A DNA stretch of 64,000 nucleotides, taken from NCBI GenBank assembly GCA_963748815.1, contig CAVVKJ010000017.1, positions 1 through 64,000 on the forward strand. The letters run 5' to 3'. The translations under genes and the position numbers were made by a program. Positions 46,597-57,138 of the stretch are shown here, one piece after another. How positions within the stretch are numbered: the first letter of the stretch is position 1; each line of letters starts with the position of its first letter. The notes beneath the pieces are model-generated. The model searched no databases. It had not been told where the DNA came from and saw nothing but the letters and a program-made list of their open reading frames with translations. The DNA comes from an uncultured Gemmatimonadales bacterium. Lineage in GTDB: Bacteria > Gemmatimonadota > Gemmatimonadetes > Gemmatimonadales > GWC2-71-9.

Positions 46597-48039
46597 GCCG
46601 GGTTCACCTGGACCGTCTTCGTCTCAGTGTAGAACTCGCGGGCGGCGGAGCCCTGTTCCCGGCTGCCGGAACTGGAGCCCTTCATCCCGCCGAACGGCGC
46701 GTGCGGGTCCACGCCCGTCGTGTCGCCGTTGATCCGCACCAGCCCAACGTCGATGCGGTGGATGTACTTCAGGGCCGCGCCGACGTCCTTCGTGAAGAGC
46801 GACGCGCTCAATCCGTATCGTGAATGGTTGGCGATGGCGATGGCCTCATCGAGGCCGCCGGCGCTCGAGACGGCCAGCACCGGCCCGAAGAGCTCCTCCT
46901 GCGCGATCGGCGAGGCCGGGTCGACGCCGCGCACGATGGTCGGGGTCACAAAGTACCCCTTCTTGAAGACCACACCCGTCACTTCGACCCCGCCGCACAC
47001 CACCTCCGCCGTGGTGGCCGCCAGCGCAGCCCAGACGCGCTTCCGGGCGTCGGCACTGATGACCGGGCCAATCGCACAGGCCGGATCGGTCACGGGTCCC
47101 AGCTTGAATCCCTCCACCTGCTCCCGAAGTTTGTCCAGGAATGCGCCCTCGACTTCCGGAAGGACGACGGCCCGGCTGGTGGCAGTGCACTTCTGCCCGG
47201 CAAAGCGCATGGCCCCGGCGGCGGTCAGCTTGGCCGCCAGGTCGAGGTCAGCGTCGGGCATCACGATGACGACGTTCTTGCCGCCCATCTCGGTCTGGTA
47301 GCGGATGTTCCGCTCCGCCGCGATGGCCGCGACCCGGGCGCCGACCGCCGCCGACCCGGTGAAGCTGACGCCCCGGACCTCGGGGGCGCGCAGCAGCGGT
47401 TCCCCAACGCCGGCGCCAGTGCCGAGCAGCACATTGAAGACGCCGGCGGGCAGGCCGGCCGCCTGCGCCGTCTCCGCCAGGAGGAGGGCCATCATCGGGG
47501 ACTGTTCAGAGGGCTTGAGGACGACGGTGTTGCCGAACGCCAGGGCGGGTGCCGCCTTCCAGAGCGGAATCGCGACCGGGAAGTTCCACGGCGTGATCAG
47601 GGCGACGACGCCGAGGGGTTCACGCAGCGTGAACTGGAGGGCGCCGGCCGCCTGCGAGGGCACCACCTCGCCCACCGAGCGGACGGCGTCGCCGGCGTAG
47701 TACCGGAGGATCACGATGCAACGACCGACCTCGCCGCGCGCCTCCCCGATCGGCTTGCCGACCTCGCGCGCCATGGCCTGGGCCATTTCTTCCGCCCGCG
47801 CCTGGATGGCGGCGGCCCACTGGTGCAGGAATTCGGCACGGGCCGGCCCGGTCAGGCTGCGCCAGGCGGGGAGGGCGGCGCTCGCCGCGGCCACCGCCGC
47901 CGCAGTGTCGGCCGCGGTGCCGACCGGCACCTCGGCGATGACATCGCGCTCGTCGGAGGGGTTGAGGTCGGGGAGGACATCCGTGCCGGTGGAGCCGACG
48001 AAGCGCCCCGGCGATGAAATGGGAGAGAGGCTTGCTCAT
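46593..48039 (-). CDS. Aldehyde dehydrogenase, probable 2,5-dioxopentanoate (alpha-KGSA) dehydrogenase; 5' indels
   Basis: ITPWNFP, KPSE, FTGS, EMGGKN, GQKCTATSR, EELFGP, PFGGMKGSS; operon context. Confidence 0.85.
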
Positions 48040-49720
48040 GCGAACTTCTTTCCACGATCTCCAGGATCTCCGCCTCCAGCCGCGCGGCCGCCTCATCCAG
48101 CTTGACGCCATCGGCCATGACGTTCGCGATGGCCGACTTGTCCTTGATGCCGCTCGCGTTGGTGCGCACGTTCAGCCAGGCGCCGCGCACGGCGGCCCGG
48201 GCGCAGAGCGCGCCGACGCCGGCGTCCGAGGCGGAGGCAGGGTTCCCGTGTTCCGCCATCGCCCGGATGAGGTCGAACGACTGGTAGGCGGTCTGCATCA
48301 CCTGCCACGGCACCTGCAGCGCGCCGAGGTTGGCGGCGGCCAGCGCGGCGCTCCGCGCCGACTTCTCCGCATCCGTCCCCTTGGGCATGCCGAGCGCGGT
48401 CATCACCCGCTCGAAGGCGCGGGTGTCGGCGTCGACCAGGCGCAACAACTCCTCCTTGATTTGCTGGCCGGCGTCGGCCCACTTGGAAAACTCTTCCCAC
48501 CGCTCGTCCCACCCCCGCTTGTGGGCGGAGAGGTTGGCCACCATGGTGCCGAGCGAGGCGCCGAGCGCTCCAACCGCCGCGGCGACCGACCCGCCACCCG
48601 GCGCCACCGACTCCGAGGCGGTCTCGTTCGCAAACTCCTCGACGGTCATCCTCACGAGCCGACGATCGGCCTCGTTCCGGAGCCGGTACTCGATGATCCG
48701 CTCCTCCGTCTTGAACGGCCCCAGTTCGTCGAGGCCGAGGGACTTCACGGCAATCTTGATCAGCTCGGCTTCCGAAACTCCGACGGAGCGCTGCTGCTTG
48801 CGGAGGTAGTGGCGGCCGGCGTCGAGGAGCGCGGCCAGCGGCACCAAGCCGACCAGCTCGCTCCCCGTCACCCGGACGCCCCGTGCCTCGGCGGCGCGGC
48901 ACACTTCGTCGAAGGCGGCGTGAATCGAGGTGACCGACAGGTCCACCAGGTTCATCGAGACCTGCGCGACCCCGTACTCGGGGATGAACCACCCGATGGC
49001 CTTGACCGCCTTCAGCGTACCGGGAATCATCACCGGCTGGCCGGCGGCGTCGGTCACGGCCTTGCCTGTGAGCTGGTGCCCTTCGCGCTTTGGCCGCCCC
49101 GCCTCGCGCACATCGAAGGCGATGGCGTTGGCCCGGCGGGTCGAGGTGGTGTTGAGGTTGACGTTGAAGGCCACGAGGAAGTCACGCGCGCCGATGACGG
49201 TGGCACCGCTCTTCGCGTTGAAGGTGGCCGGGCCGAAATCGGGTGTCCACGCCGGTTGCTTCATCTTCTGTTCGAGGCCCTCGTATTCTCCGGCGCGAAT
49301 GATCGAGAGATTCTTCCGAAGCGGATCGGGCTGCGCAGCCTCGTAGGCGTAGACCGGAATCCGGAGCTCCCGGCCAACCCGCTCGGCGAGCTTGCGGGCC
49401 AGGTCCGCCGTCTCCCGCATCGTGATCCCGGAAATCGGTACCAGCGGGCAGACATCCGTCGCGCCCATGCGTGGATGCTCACCGCTGTGGCGCCGCATGT
49501 CGATCAGTTCCGCCGCCTCGGCGATGCCCCGGAACGCCGCCTCGACCACGGCGTCCGGCGTGCCGGCAATGGTCATGACGGTGCGGTTGGTGGCCTTGCC
49601 CGGATCGACATGGAGGAGCGCCGCGCCTTCGACCGATTCGAGGCGGGCGGCGATCCGCCGGATGACCTCGGGGTCACGGCCTTCGGAGAAGTTGGGGACG
49701 CATTCGATCAGGGCGGGCAT
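48036..49720 (-). CDS. ftcD: Glutamate formimidoyltransferase / formiminotetrahydrofolate cyclodeaminase (bifunctional)
   Basis: LIECVPNFSEGR, NRTV, HSGEHPRMGATDVCP, APGGGSV, GNPASASDAGV. The stop at 48036 assumes a 1-nt indel in an A-rich stretch. Confidence 0.93.
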
Positions 49721-49789
49721 TGAAATTCCGTGGGAATAAGGTAGGCAGCAAATCTACCCAACGCCGTCCTGATGCGCCTCAGCCTCCGA

Positions 49790-49840
49790 CCCCTTGAATT
49801 TCTAGGGGAGCCATTTTATCGTATACCTAGAACTTCTATG
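49790..49840 (+). promoter_or_regulatory. padR promoter with two imperfect CCTAGA-N3-TCTAGG operator palindromes
   Basis: CCTTGA-ATT-TCTAGG (49792) overlaps -35 TTGAAT; CCTAGA-ACT-TCTATG (49826) follows -10 TATCGT (17-bp spacer). Confidence 0.65.
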
Positions 49841-49851
49841 GAGACGTCCAG

Positions 49852-50193
49852 ATGGCCGATACTGTGACCCTGCTGCGCGGTGCCCTCGATGCCCTGGTCC
49901 TCAAGGCGCTAACCTGGGGTCCGACCCACGGGTATGGTGTGGCGCGCTGGATCGAGTCGGTGACCGACGACGCCCTCCGCATCGAGGAGGGCTCCCTCTA
50001 CCCCGCCCTGTACCGCATCGAGCGCCGCGGCTGGATCGAGAGTGAGTGGGGGGTCTCCGACACCGGTCGGAAGGCGCGCTTCTATCGCCTAACCCCTGCG
50101 GGTCGGGCGCAGCTCAAGGCCGAGACCCACAACTTCACCAGGTTCGCCAGAGCCATTTTCAAGGCCTTTGATGCGAGCCCCAGTGCCGTCTGA
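49852..50193 (+). CDS. PadR family transcriptional regulator (acidobacterial-type)
   Basis: LLRGALD.LVLK, HGYG, EEGSLYPALYR, W.ESEWG.S..GRKARFY.LT..GR. Confidence 0.93.
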   Translation: MADTVTLLRGALDALVLKALTWGPTHGYGVARWIESVTDDALRIEEGSLYPALYRIERRGWIESEWGVSDTGRKARFYRLTPAGRAQLKAETHNFTRFARAIFKAFDASPSAV

Positions 50194-52897
50194 CACGCCT
50201 GGCTTCCGGGGCGCCGGCGGGACCGCATGGCGCCGCCTGCGCCGGCTGTTCGGCAGGGACCCGCTTGCCGAGGTCGACGCCGAGCTTGCGTTCCACCTCG
50301 ACATGCGCGCGGCCGAGCTGGTGGCCCGCGGCCTGACTCCCGAGGCCGCTCGGCGCGCCGCGCTCGAGCGCTTCGGCGATCTCCCTCGCATCCAACACGA
50401 ATGTGGCCGCCTCGCCTCTCGGCGGGAGCGCACCCTTGAACGGATGGAACGCATGATGGACATCTGGCAGGACCTTCGACTGGCCACCCGGTCCCTCCTT
50501 CGTCGCCCGCTCTTCACCGCGACGGCGGCCCTGGCGCTGGCCCTGGGCATCGCCGCCACGCTCTCGATCTGGGCGATGGTCGACACCTACCTCTTCCGGC
50601 CGTTGCCGTTCCCCAACGCCGAGCGACTGGTGGTGGTCGGCCAGGGGGAGTATTCGTCGGTCTCGTATCCGAATTACCTGGATATCCAGGCGCGTCGCGA
50701 CCTCTTCGACGATGCCATGATCTTCGACAACACCGTGCTGAACGTCCGCATCGGGGACGGGGAGCCCACGGTGCTGATGTTCGAATCCACCTCGGGCAAC
50801 TACTTCCCGGTGTTCGGCATCCCGCTCCTCATGGGGCGGGGTTACACCGAGGAGGAATTTGTCGAGCGGGCCCCCGTCGTCGTGCTCACGCATGCGGCCT
50901 GGATGACACGGTTCAATGGCGCCCCGGACATCATCGGTACGGTGGTCCGGTTCAATGGCTCGCCGTTCACGATCATCGGCGTGACGGCCGAGGGATACGA
51001 TGGCATGCGGCAGTACCTCTTGCCGGTGGCCGGCTTCCTCCCGTTGACCTCAGCCATGTCCCTCGACTCCCGCGGCACCGCGGCGCTGGAGGAACGGGAC
51101 CAGAGTTCCTTCCGCGTCGCCGCGCTGCTCAAGCCCGGGGTGACCCTGGGGGCCGCCCGCGCGGGGCTCACCGTGCTCGCGGACCAGATCACGCGCGAGC
51201 ACCCGGAGCTCCCCGCCGACCTGTCATTTCATACCGACTGGGAGACGCGTGCCCGGCCAGACCTCTCCATCGCCGGCGTCGTCCCCTGGGCGGCCGCCGT
51301 CTTCCTGCTGCTCACCGGGCTTGTCCTGATGATCGGGTGCACCAACGTGGCGGGATTGCTGCTCGCACGGGCATCGGCGCGACGCGGAGAGATCGCCGTG
51401 CGCCGCGCGCTTGGCGCCACACCGGGGCGGATGGTGCGTCTGATCTTCACCGAGAGCATGGTCCTGGCTGTGCTTGGCCTCTGCTTCGCGGTGCCGCTCG
51501 TGACGCTGATGCTGCGCTGGTTCACCGGCATCCGCATGGCCACCGACTTCCCGGTTCGTTTCAGCGCCAGCGGGGGATGGAACCTGGCCCTGCCCGCCGT
51601 CGGCCTGGCGGTGCTGGCCGCGGTCTTCACGTCGATCGGGCCGGCGCTGCACGCCCACCGCCTCCCCCTGCAGGAGACCCTCAAGGATGGAGGTCGTGGC
51701 GGCAGCGGCGGCCGGCGCCGCCGCAACGCCCGCACCATCCTGGTCGGGGCGCAGGTTGCGGTCTCCTTCGTCCTCCTCGTCTGTGCGGCGCTCTTTTCCC
51801 GAAGCGTCAAGGCGGCCCAGAACCTGGACCTCGGGTTCCGGCCGGACGGCGTCGCCATGGCGACCACGGACATGGAGATGCTGCGGTACGACCGCGCCCA
51901 CGGGCAGCGGCTCTACCGGGAACTGCTTGACCGCGCCCGGACGCTGCCGGGCGTGGAGTCTGCGGCCCTTGTCCGGGACCTCCCCCTGGGCTACAACACC
52001 AGCTCGCGCGATGTCTTCTTCGATCACGACATCGGCGTCCGGGACAATCGCGTCGATATCATCTACAACATGGTCAGCGCGGGCTACTTCGAAACGATCG
52101 GCTATCGGCTGCTGGAAGGCCGTGACTTTACGGAGCGCGATGACAGCAGCGCCGTGCCCGGGGTCGTGATCAATGCGACCATGGCCGAGCGCTATTGGCC
52201 GGGCGAATCGGCGGTGGGCCGCCGCATCCGGCTTGCACCCGATGGGGAGTGGCTCACCGTGTTCGGGGTCGTCGGGAGCGGGCCGTACGTCTTCACGAAC
52301 GAGGCGTCCCGCGACTATCTCTACCTGCCAATGACACAGCGCTACAGCGAGCGGATGACGCTGATGGTCCGTGCGCCCGGGCACACGGATGAGGCGCTCA
52401 TCGCAATTCGGCGCCTCCTGCACGACCTGGATCCCGACCTCCCGATCGCGGACGTGCGCACCATGAACGCACACCTGCGGGGCGGCCTCGCGTTTCTCTT
52501 TCCCCGGCTCGCCGCGCAGATCGCGATCGTGCTCGGCCTGCTCGGCCTGCTCCAGGCGGTGGTCGGCCTCTACGGCGTGATCGCGTTCAGCGTCGCGGAG
52601 CGGACGCAGGAGATCGGCATCCGGATGGCGATCGGGGCGCGACCCGGCAGCGTGGTGCGCGCGGTGCTCGGCGACGGCCTCCGCCTGACGCTCGCGGGGA
52701 TGGTGGTCGGTGTCGTGGGGGCACTGGGGGTGGCGCAGCTGATGCGCGCGGTGCTGGTCGGGATTGGGGCCACTGACGTCGTTTCCTACCTCGTGGCGGC
52801 GGCGCTCCTGCTCTCGGTGACCATGCTCGCCGCGTGGATTCCCGCGCGTCGGGCGGCGCACCTCGACGTGGTGGCGGCGCTGCGAGGCGGGGAGTAG
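50183..52897 (+). CDS. Duplicated orphan ABC permease (ADOP; MacB/FtsX x2)
   Basis: EVDAELAFHLDMR prefix, QDLRLA.R.L, EIAVRRALGA, and second half RTQEIGIRMAIGA...PARRAA. Confidence 0.92.
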   Translation: MPSDTPGFRGAGGTAWRRLRRLFGRDPLAEVDAELAFHLDMRAAELVARGLTPEAARRAALERFGDLPRIQHECGRLASRRERTLERMERMMDIWQDLRLATRSLLRRPLFTATAALALALGIAATLSIWAMVDTYLFRPLPFPNAERLVVVGQGEYSSVSYPNYLDIQARRDLFDDAMIFDNTVLNVRIGDGEPTVLMFESTSGNYFPVFGIPLLMGRGYTEEEFVERAPVVVLTHAAWMTRFNGAPDIIGTVVRFNGSPFTIIGVTAEGYDGMRQYLLPVAGFLPLTSAMSLDSRGTAALEERDQSSFRVAALLKPGVTLGAARAGLTVLADQITREHPELPADLSFHTDWETRARPDLSIAGVVPWAAAVFLLLTGLVLMIGCTNVAGLLLARASARRGEIAVRRALGATPGRMVRLIFTESMVLAVLGLCFAVPLVTLMLRWFTGIRMATDFPVRFSASGGWNLALPAVGLAVLAAVFTSIGPALHAHRLPLQETLKDGGRGGSGGRRRRNARTILVGAQVAVSFVLLVCAALFSRSVKAAQNLDLGFRPDGVAMATTDMEMLRYDRAHGQRLYRELLDRARTLPGVESAALVRDLPLGYNTSSRDVFFDHDIGVRDNRVDIIYNMVSAGYFETIGYRLLEGRDFTERDDSSAVPGVVINATMAERYWPGESAVGRRIRLAPDGEWLTVFGVVGSGPYVFTNEASRDYLYLPMTQRYSERMTLMVRAPGHTDEALIAIRRLLHDLDPDLPIADVRTMNAHLRGGLAFLFPRLAAQIAIVLGLLGLLQAVVGLYGVIAFSVAERTQEIGIRMAIGARPGSVVRAVLGDGLRLTLAGMVVGVVGALGVAQLMRAVLVGIGATDVVSYLVAAALLLSVTMLAAWIPARRAAHLDVVAALRGGE

Positions 52898-52915
52898 CCC
52901 CCGCCCGGCAGTGAT

Positions 52916-52943
52916 CCCCCCCCGGTGGATTCGGGGGGGGGTT
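52916..52943 (+). terminator. Hairpin after the permease gene
   Basis: CCCCCCCCG...CGGGGGGGG followed by GTTG. Confidence 0.5.
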
Positions 52944-52962
52944 GTGCATTTCGTGAAAATAG

Positions 52963-52978
52963 GTAAGTTTTTACTTAC
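52963..52978. promoter_or_regulatory. Perfect palindrome, candidate ArsR operator
   Basis: GTAAGT-TTTT-ACTTAC in an AT-rich patch about 60 bp upstream of the ArsR gene. Confidence 0.6.
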
Positions 52979-53040
52979 ATGTTATCCACCTCCACCGTTC
53001 CCGCCCGCCGGCCGACGGCACCCCCCTCGGGGCCGCTGCC

Positions 53041-53451
53041 ATGACCGTCATGGACGACATGGCCGCCGTGTTCGACGCCCTCGGCAACCCGACCCGACGG
53101 CGGATCCTGGACCTGGTGAAGGCCGGCCCTGGTTGCAGCGTCGGGGCGCTGGCGGCACACTTCGACACCTCGCGCATCGCGGTCATGCACCACCTCAGGC
53201 AGCTGGAGGAGTGCGACCTCATCCTCTCGCGCAAGGAGGGCCGGCTGCGCCGGCTCTACCACAACCCGGTGCCGATCCAGCTGATCCACGACCGGTGGAC
53301 CACCGAGTACAGCGCGTTCTGGGCAAGCAAGATGGCCGACGTCAAGTACGCTGTCGAACAGCGATCCTCAAGGAGAACCGAGCATGGCGGACACGGTGCG
53401 GCTGGTGTCGAAGATCCACATCCAGGGTCGAATCGAGGACGTGTGGCGTGA
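53041..53451 (+). CDS. ArsR family transcriptional regulator
   Basis: VFDALGNPTRRRILDL, SRIAVMHHLRQLE, KEGRLR, NPVPIQLIHDRW. Confidence 0.9.
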   Translation: MTVMDDMAAVFDALGNPTRRRILDLVKAGPGCSVGALAAHFDTSRIAVMHHLRQLEECDLILSRKEGRLRRLYHNPVPIQLIHDRWTTEYSAFWASKMADVKYAVEQRSSRRTEHGGHGAAGVEDPHPGSNRGRVA

Positions 53452-53914
53452 AATCACCAAGACGGACGAGCCCCAGCTCGCCTTCTTCGGTGCGCAGATG
53501 TACCGGCTGACGCTCGGCGCCGGTTCGCCGGTCCAGATGCGGACGCCCGACAACAGGTTCACCTCGGTCGTCGGCGAGATTCTCGAGGTGTCGCCGCCGC
53601 ACCGCTTTTCGCACACGATGAAGTTCACCGCGTACGACGACCCGTACTGCAAGGTGACCTACGACCTCAAGGAAGTGGGCGGCGGCGTCGAGTTCACGCT
53701 CACGTCGGAAGACATCCCGGCGGGCAGCAAGACCGAAAAGGACATGCGGCGCGGGGGCGACTTCATCGTCAAGACCCTCAAGCAGATTGTCGAGACCGGC
53801 CGGCCCGCCTTCGGGACACGCGTCCTGTACGGGCTCTTCGGGCTCCTCGCCTTCCTGACGCCGGCGAAGTGCAAGAGCGAACACTGGCCCCTGAAGGAGC
53901 CGTCGAATGCCTGA
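53384..53914 (+). CDS. SRPBCC/AHA1 domain protein
   Basis: IHI....EDVWREIT, GEILEVSPPHR, VTYDL, LKQIVETG; AGGAG RBS. Confidence 0.85.
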   Translation: MADTVRLVSKIHIQGRIEDVWREITKTDEPQLAFFGAQMYRLTLGAGSPVQMRTPDNRFTSVVGEILEVSPPHRFSHTMKFTAYDDPYCKVTYDLKEVGGGVEFTLTSEDIPAGSKTEKDMRRGGDFIVKTLKQIVETGRPAFGTRVLYGLFGLLAFLTPAKCKSEHWPLKEPSNA

Positions 53915-54608
53915 GTCGACATCGAGTTCCGAGTCGGGCCGCTGCCTGGCGTTTCGCCGGTGGGCGGTCCCCGCGATCCTGGCGCTCGGGGTCGCCCTCC
54001 CCGTCCGCGCCCAGGAACTGAAGACTCCGGCGGAGTGGCGCTGGCGGCTCGACCGACCGGCGGCGCTCGTCACCGAGCAGGCAGTCGGAGACTCTGCCTG
54101 GCGATTCGTCGCGATGCCCCCGGGATGGCACGTCACCACCGGGCCGGGCGTCGTCCTCTTCGACCCGTCGGAGCGCGCCAGCGGCCGCTACGCGCTCTCC
54201 GCCGACTTCCTGCTCTTCCCCGATCCGAGTGACGCCGGATTCGGGCTCGTCCTCGGCGGGGCCGACCTCGGGCAGGCCGCGGCCCCACTGCTCGGAGTTC
54301 AGCTCCGACGGGATGGCGCCGTGCGGGTCGTGGCTCGCCGGGAGGGCCGGCTGGACGTCCTCGCCGACTGGGCGCTGCACCCCGGGGTCAAGCCGCACCC
54401 GGGGACAGGCGTCGTCGGCAACAAGCTCCGGGTGGATGTGGGGACGGATTCGCTCCGGGTGTTCGTCAACGACTCCGCCGTGACGGCGGTCGGGGCGGCC
54501 GGCCTCGCGACCGATGGGCAGTTCGGCCTGCAGCTCGGCGAGGGCCTCAACATGCACATCACCACGCTGGACGTGACCCGGCATCTTGCTCCCGCCCGCA
54601 CGCCGTGA
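53907..54608 (+). CDS. Secreted hypothetical protein, ConA-like beta-sandwich
   Basis: Signal peptide; MPPGWHVTTGP, GFGLVLGG, NKLRV...VFVN, GQFGL. Confidence 0.6.
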   Translation: MPESTSSSESGRCLAFRRWAVPAILALGVALPVRAQELKTPAEWRWRLDRPAALVTEQAVGDSAWRFVAMPPGWHVTTGPGVVLFDPSERASGRYALSADFLLFPDPSDAGFGLVLGGADLGQAAAPLLGVQLRRDGAVRVVARREGRLDVLADWALHPGVKPHPGTGVVGNKLRVDVGTDSLRVFVNDSAVTAVGAAGLATDGQFGLQLGEGLNMHITTLDVTRHLAPARTP

Positions 54609-54656
54609 GCGGCGCCGGCAACTCTCTCACCCCCAACCAGACCGGAGACCAGCCCC

Positions 54657-55232
54657 ATGGCTGACAACGCCAAGGCCATCGAAACGATGGTCAGGAACAT
54701 CGAGGCCCAGACCGGCAAGACGATGGCTCAGCTCGGCAAGGTGATCGCGACGAGCGGCCTGACGAAGCATGGGGAGATTCGCGCCATGCTCATGGAGAAG
54801 TTCGGGCTGGGGCACGGGCAGGCCAACACGGTGGCGCACCTGGCGCTCAAGAGCGACGGGGAGAGCGCGGCGGCGGCGCGCGGCCTATCGGCCACTGACG
54901 TCCTCGCCGAGATCTACACCGGCAAGAAGGCCGACCTCCGGCCAATCCACGACAAGGTGCTCGAGATACTGAATGGCCTCGGCGATTTCGATGCCGCGCC
55001 GAAGAAGGGGTATGTCAGCTATCGAAGGAAGAAGCAGTTCGTGATGGTGGGGCCGAAGACCAACACGGAAGTGGAGCTGGGATTCGGCGCGAAGAGCCTT
55101 CCTGCCCACCCCCGGCTGAAGGAGATGCCCCCCAACAGCATGTGCAAGTACACCACCCGGGTGAGTTCCGCGGCGGAAGTGGACGGGCAGGTCAAGAAGT
55201 GGATCGAGACATCGTACGCCGAGGCGGGGTGA
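54657..55232 (+). CDS. DUF4287/DUF5655 domain protein
   Basis: NIEAQTGKT, LMEKFGLGHGQAN, PKKGYVSYRRKKQF. Confidence 0.85.
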   Translation: MADNAKAIETMVRNIEAQTGKTMAQLGKVIATSGLTKHGEIRAMLMEKFGLGHGQANTVAHLALKSDGESAAAARGLSATDVLAEIYTGKKADLRPIHDKVLEILNGLGDFDAAPKKGYVSYRRKKQFVMVGPKTNTEVELGFGAKSLPAHPRLKEMPPNSMCKYTTRVSSAAEVDGQVKKWIETSYAEAG

Positions 55233-55238
55233 TCTGGA

Positions 55239-55670
55239 CTACCGGACCGTTACCCAAATCGTATCTGTGCCCACACCCGGCATGGGCACATGGTCCCCGT
55301 ATGCGAAGCGGGTGATGATTCGGTGGGTGCCTGGAGCAAGGCCCGTGACGCGAAGGGTGTCGGCGCCGCTGCCGATGTGGTACACCCCGTCGGTCTTGGG
55401 GATAGCGGAGTCAGCGGGGGTGAGATCGGCGTCGACGAATAGGTGGTGATGACCTTCGCCCTCGACCCGGATGCCGGTCGCGGGGACGGCCTGGGCGCCG
55501 GTGACGCTCAACTGGACCAATATCTCCGAGGGGACCGTGTCGCCGTCCGCGGGACGCAGGATATGGCTCGCGGCCGGCTCCGTCGCGGGAGCGGGACGGT
55601 CGATGCACGCCGAGAGCGCCAGGATCGCGAGCCAGCCGAGTGAAGTGCGCATGGATGTAAGATGGGCCAT
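55239..55670 (-). CDS. DUF4399 domain lipoprotein
   Basis: Lipobox LSAC; P.DG.TV, GHHHLFVD, LAPGTH, GDHVP. Confidence 0.8.
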   Translation of the reverse strand: MAHLTSMRTSLGWLAILALSACIDRPAPATEPAASHILRPADGDTVPSEILVQLSVTGAQAVPATGIRVEGEGHHHLFVDADLTPADSAIPKTDGVYHIGSGADTLRVTGLAPGTHRIITRFAYGDHVPMPGVGTDTIWVTVR

Positions 55671-55763
55671 CAGCCTTCATCGAACAATTGGGAGAATTCG
55701 CCCCCTGGACGACCAGGCGCCACCCCCTCGCCAAACCACTCTCCCCCAAGTATCCATCCAGCC

Positions 55764-57071
55764 ATGCCATCAGCACGCCCGTCGGCTCCCCGCCGCCTCA
55801 CCCTCGCGCTGCTCATTGTTTTCACCACCGCATGCCTAGGCGCCGTGCTCTGGTGGGCCGCCGACAGGATCCACCCGCTTCCTCCCAGCCACCTCGTGAT
55901 GACGACCGGACCGGAGGGAAGCGCATACTACCTCCTCGGGGCCCGGTATCGTGACATCCTGGCGACGCACGGGATTGAGCTCGAACTGCGCCCCTCCGCG
56001 GGCGACGTCGAGAACCTTGCCCGACTCCAGGATGCGGCATCGGGCATCGACGTGGGGTTTGTGCAGGGCGGGCTGACGGATGGCGCCCGATCGCCGGAAT
56101 TGTCGTCGCTGGGGACGGTCATGGTGCAGCCGCTCTGGATCTTCCATCGCGCAGGCGCCGTCCGCACCACCGGCTATTTGTCCGACTTCCAGGCTGCTCG
56201 ACTCTCGGTGGGAGAGGCCGGGAGCGGGACCCGGGCCCTGACGATGATGCTGATCGAGCGCGCGGGCGTGGACACCGATTCCGCGCTGCTGTGGAGTCTC
56301 CCCCCCGACTCGGCGGCCGATGCGCTGCTCGCGGGCCGGATCGACGCGGCGGCGATCTTGACCGCGTGGGAGGCACCGGCCGTCCAGCGGTTGTTGACCG
56401 CCGCGGGCATCGGGCTCCTGCCACTGAGGCGGGTCGAAGCGTTCACCGCCCTCTTTCCCTTCCTGGAGACGGTCGTCCTCCCGGAAGGCGCCGGCGACCT
56501 GGCGACGGACAATCCCCCCGCCGACGTGGCGTTGCTCGCCGACAAGAGCAGCCTGATCATCCGAAACGGCATGCACCCGGCCATCGAGCATGTGCTGCTC
56601 GACGCCGCGGAACGCATTCACGCGACCCCGGGGGTGTTCAATGCCGCGGGGCAATTTCCCGCCCCGGAGGCGATCGACCTGGCGCTCAGTCCCGCGGCGC
56701 GCCACTACTACAAGTCGGGGCGGCCGTTCCTGCAACAACACCTGCCGTTCTGGGTTGCGGCCGTCCTGGAACGACTCCTGGTCCTCCTGCTGCCCCTCCT
56801 GGGGATCATCATCCCGCTGGTGCGCCTGGCACCGCTGCTGGTCGGCGCTGTCGTGCGGCGGCGCGTGTTCGGGCTCTACACCGAGCTTCGGATGCTCGAG
56901 AAGGAACTGCGGACGCTCGGCTCCGAAACCCCGTCGGAGGAGTTCGTGGAGCGCCTCGACCGCCTGGACCGCCGGGCCCACGCGATGCGCCTGCCGATGT
57001 CCTTCATGCCGATGCTGTACACGCTGCGGCACCATATCACGCTGGTCCGGGCGCAGCTGGAAGAGGGGTAG
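55764..57071 (+). CDS. TAXI-family solute receptor with a C-terminal membrane extension
   Basis: TGPEGSAY, GDVENL, GFVQGG, GEAGSGT, FLQQHLPFW, Y.LR.HI.LVR. Confidence 0.8.
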   Translation: MPSARPSAPRRLTLALLIVFTTACLGAVLWWAADRIHPLPPSHLVMTTGPEGSAYYLLGARYRDILATHGIELELRPSAGDVENLARLQDAASGIDVGFVQGGLTDGARSPELSSLGTVMVQPLWIFHRAGAVRTTGYLSDFQAARLSVGEAGSGTRALTMMLIERAGVDTDSALLWSLPPDSAADALLAGRIDAAAILTAWEAPAVQRLLTAAGIGLLPLRRVEAFTALFPFLETVVLPEGAGDLATDNPPADVALLADKSSLIIRNGMHPAIEHVLLDAAERIHATPGVFNAAGQFPAPEAIDLALSPAARHYYKSGRPFLQQHLPFWVAAVLERLLVLLLPLLGIIIPLVRLAPLLVGAVVRRRVFGLYTELRMLEKELRTLGSETPSEEFVERLDRLDRRAHAMRLPMSFMPMLYTLRHHITLVRAQLEEG

Positions 57072-57138
57072 GAGGGGGGCGTCACTGGCGCGCTCACTTT
57101 CACACGAAGACGCGACACCCACAGGCGAGGAGTGGCAA

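Noticed and set aside
47852..48040. C-terminal extension of FtcD overlapping the ALDH gene
   Set aside because: One missing base explains it; restoring it gives EKKFA* with an ATGA overlap.
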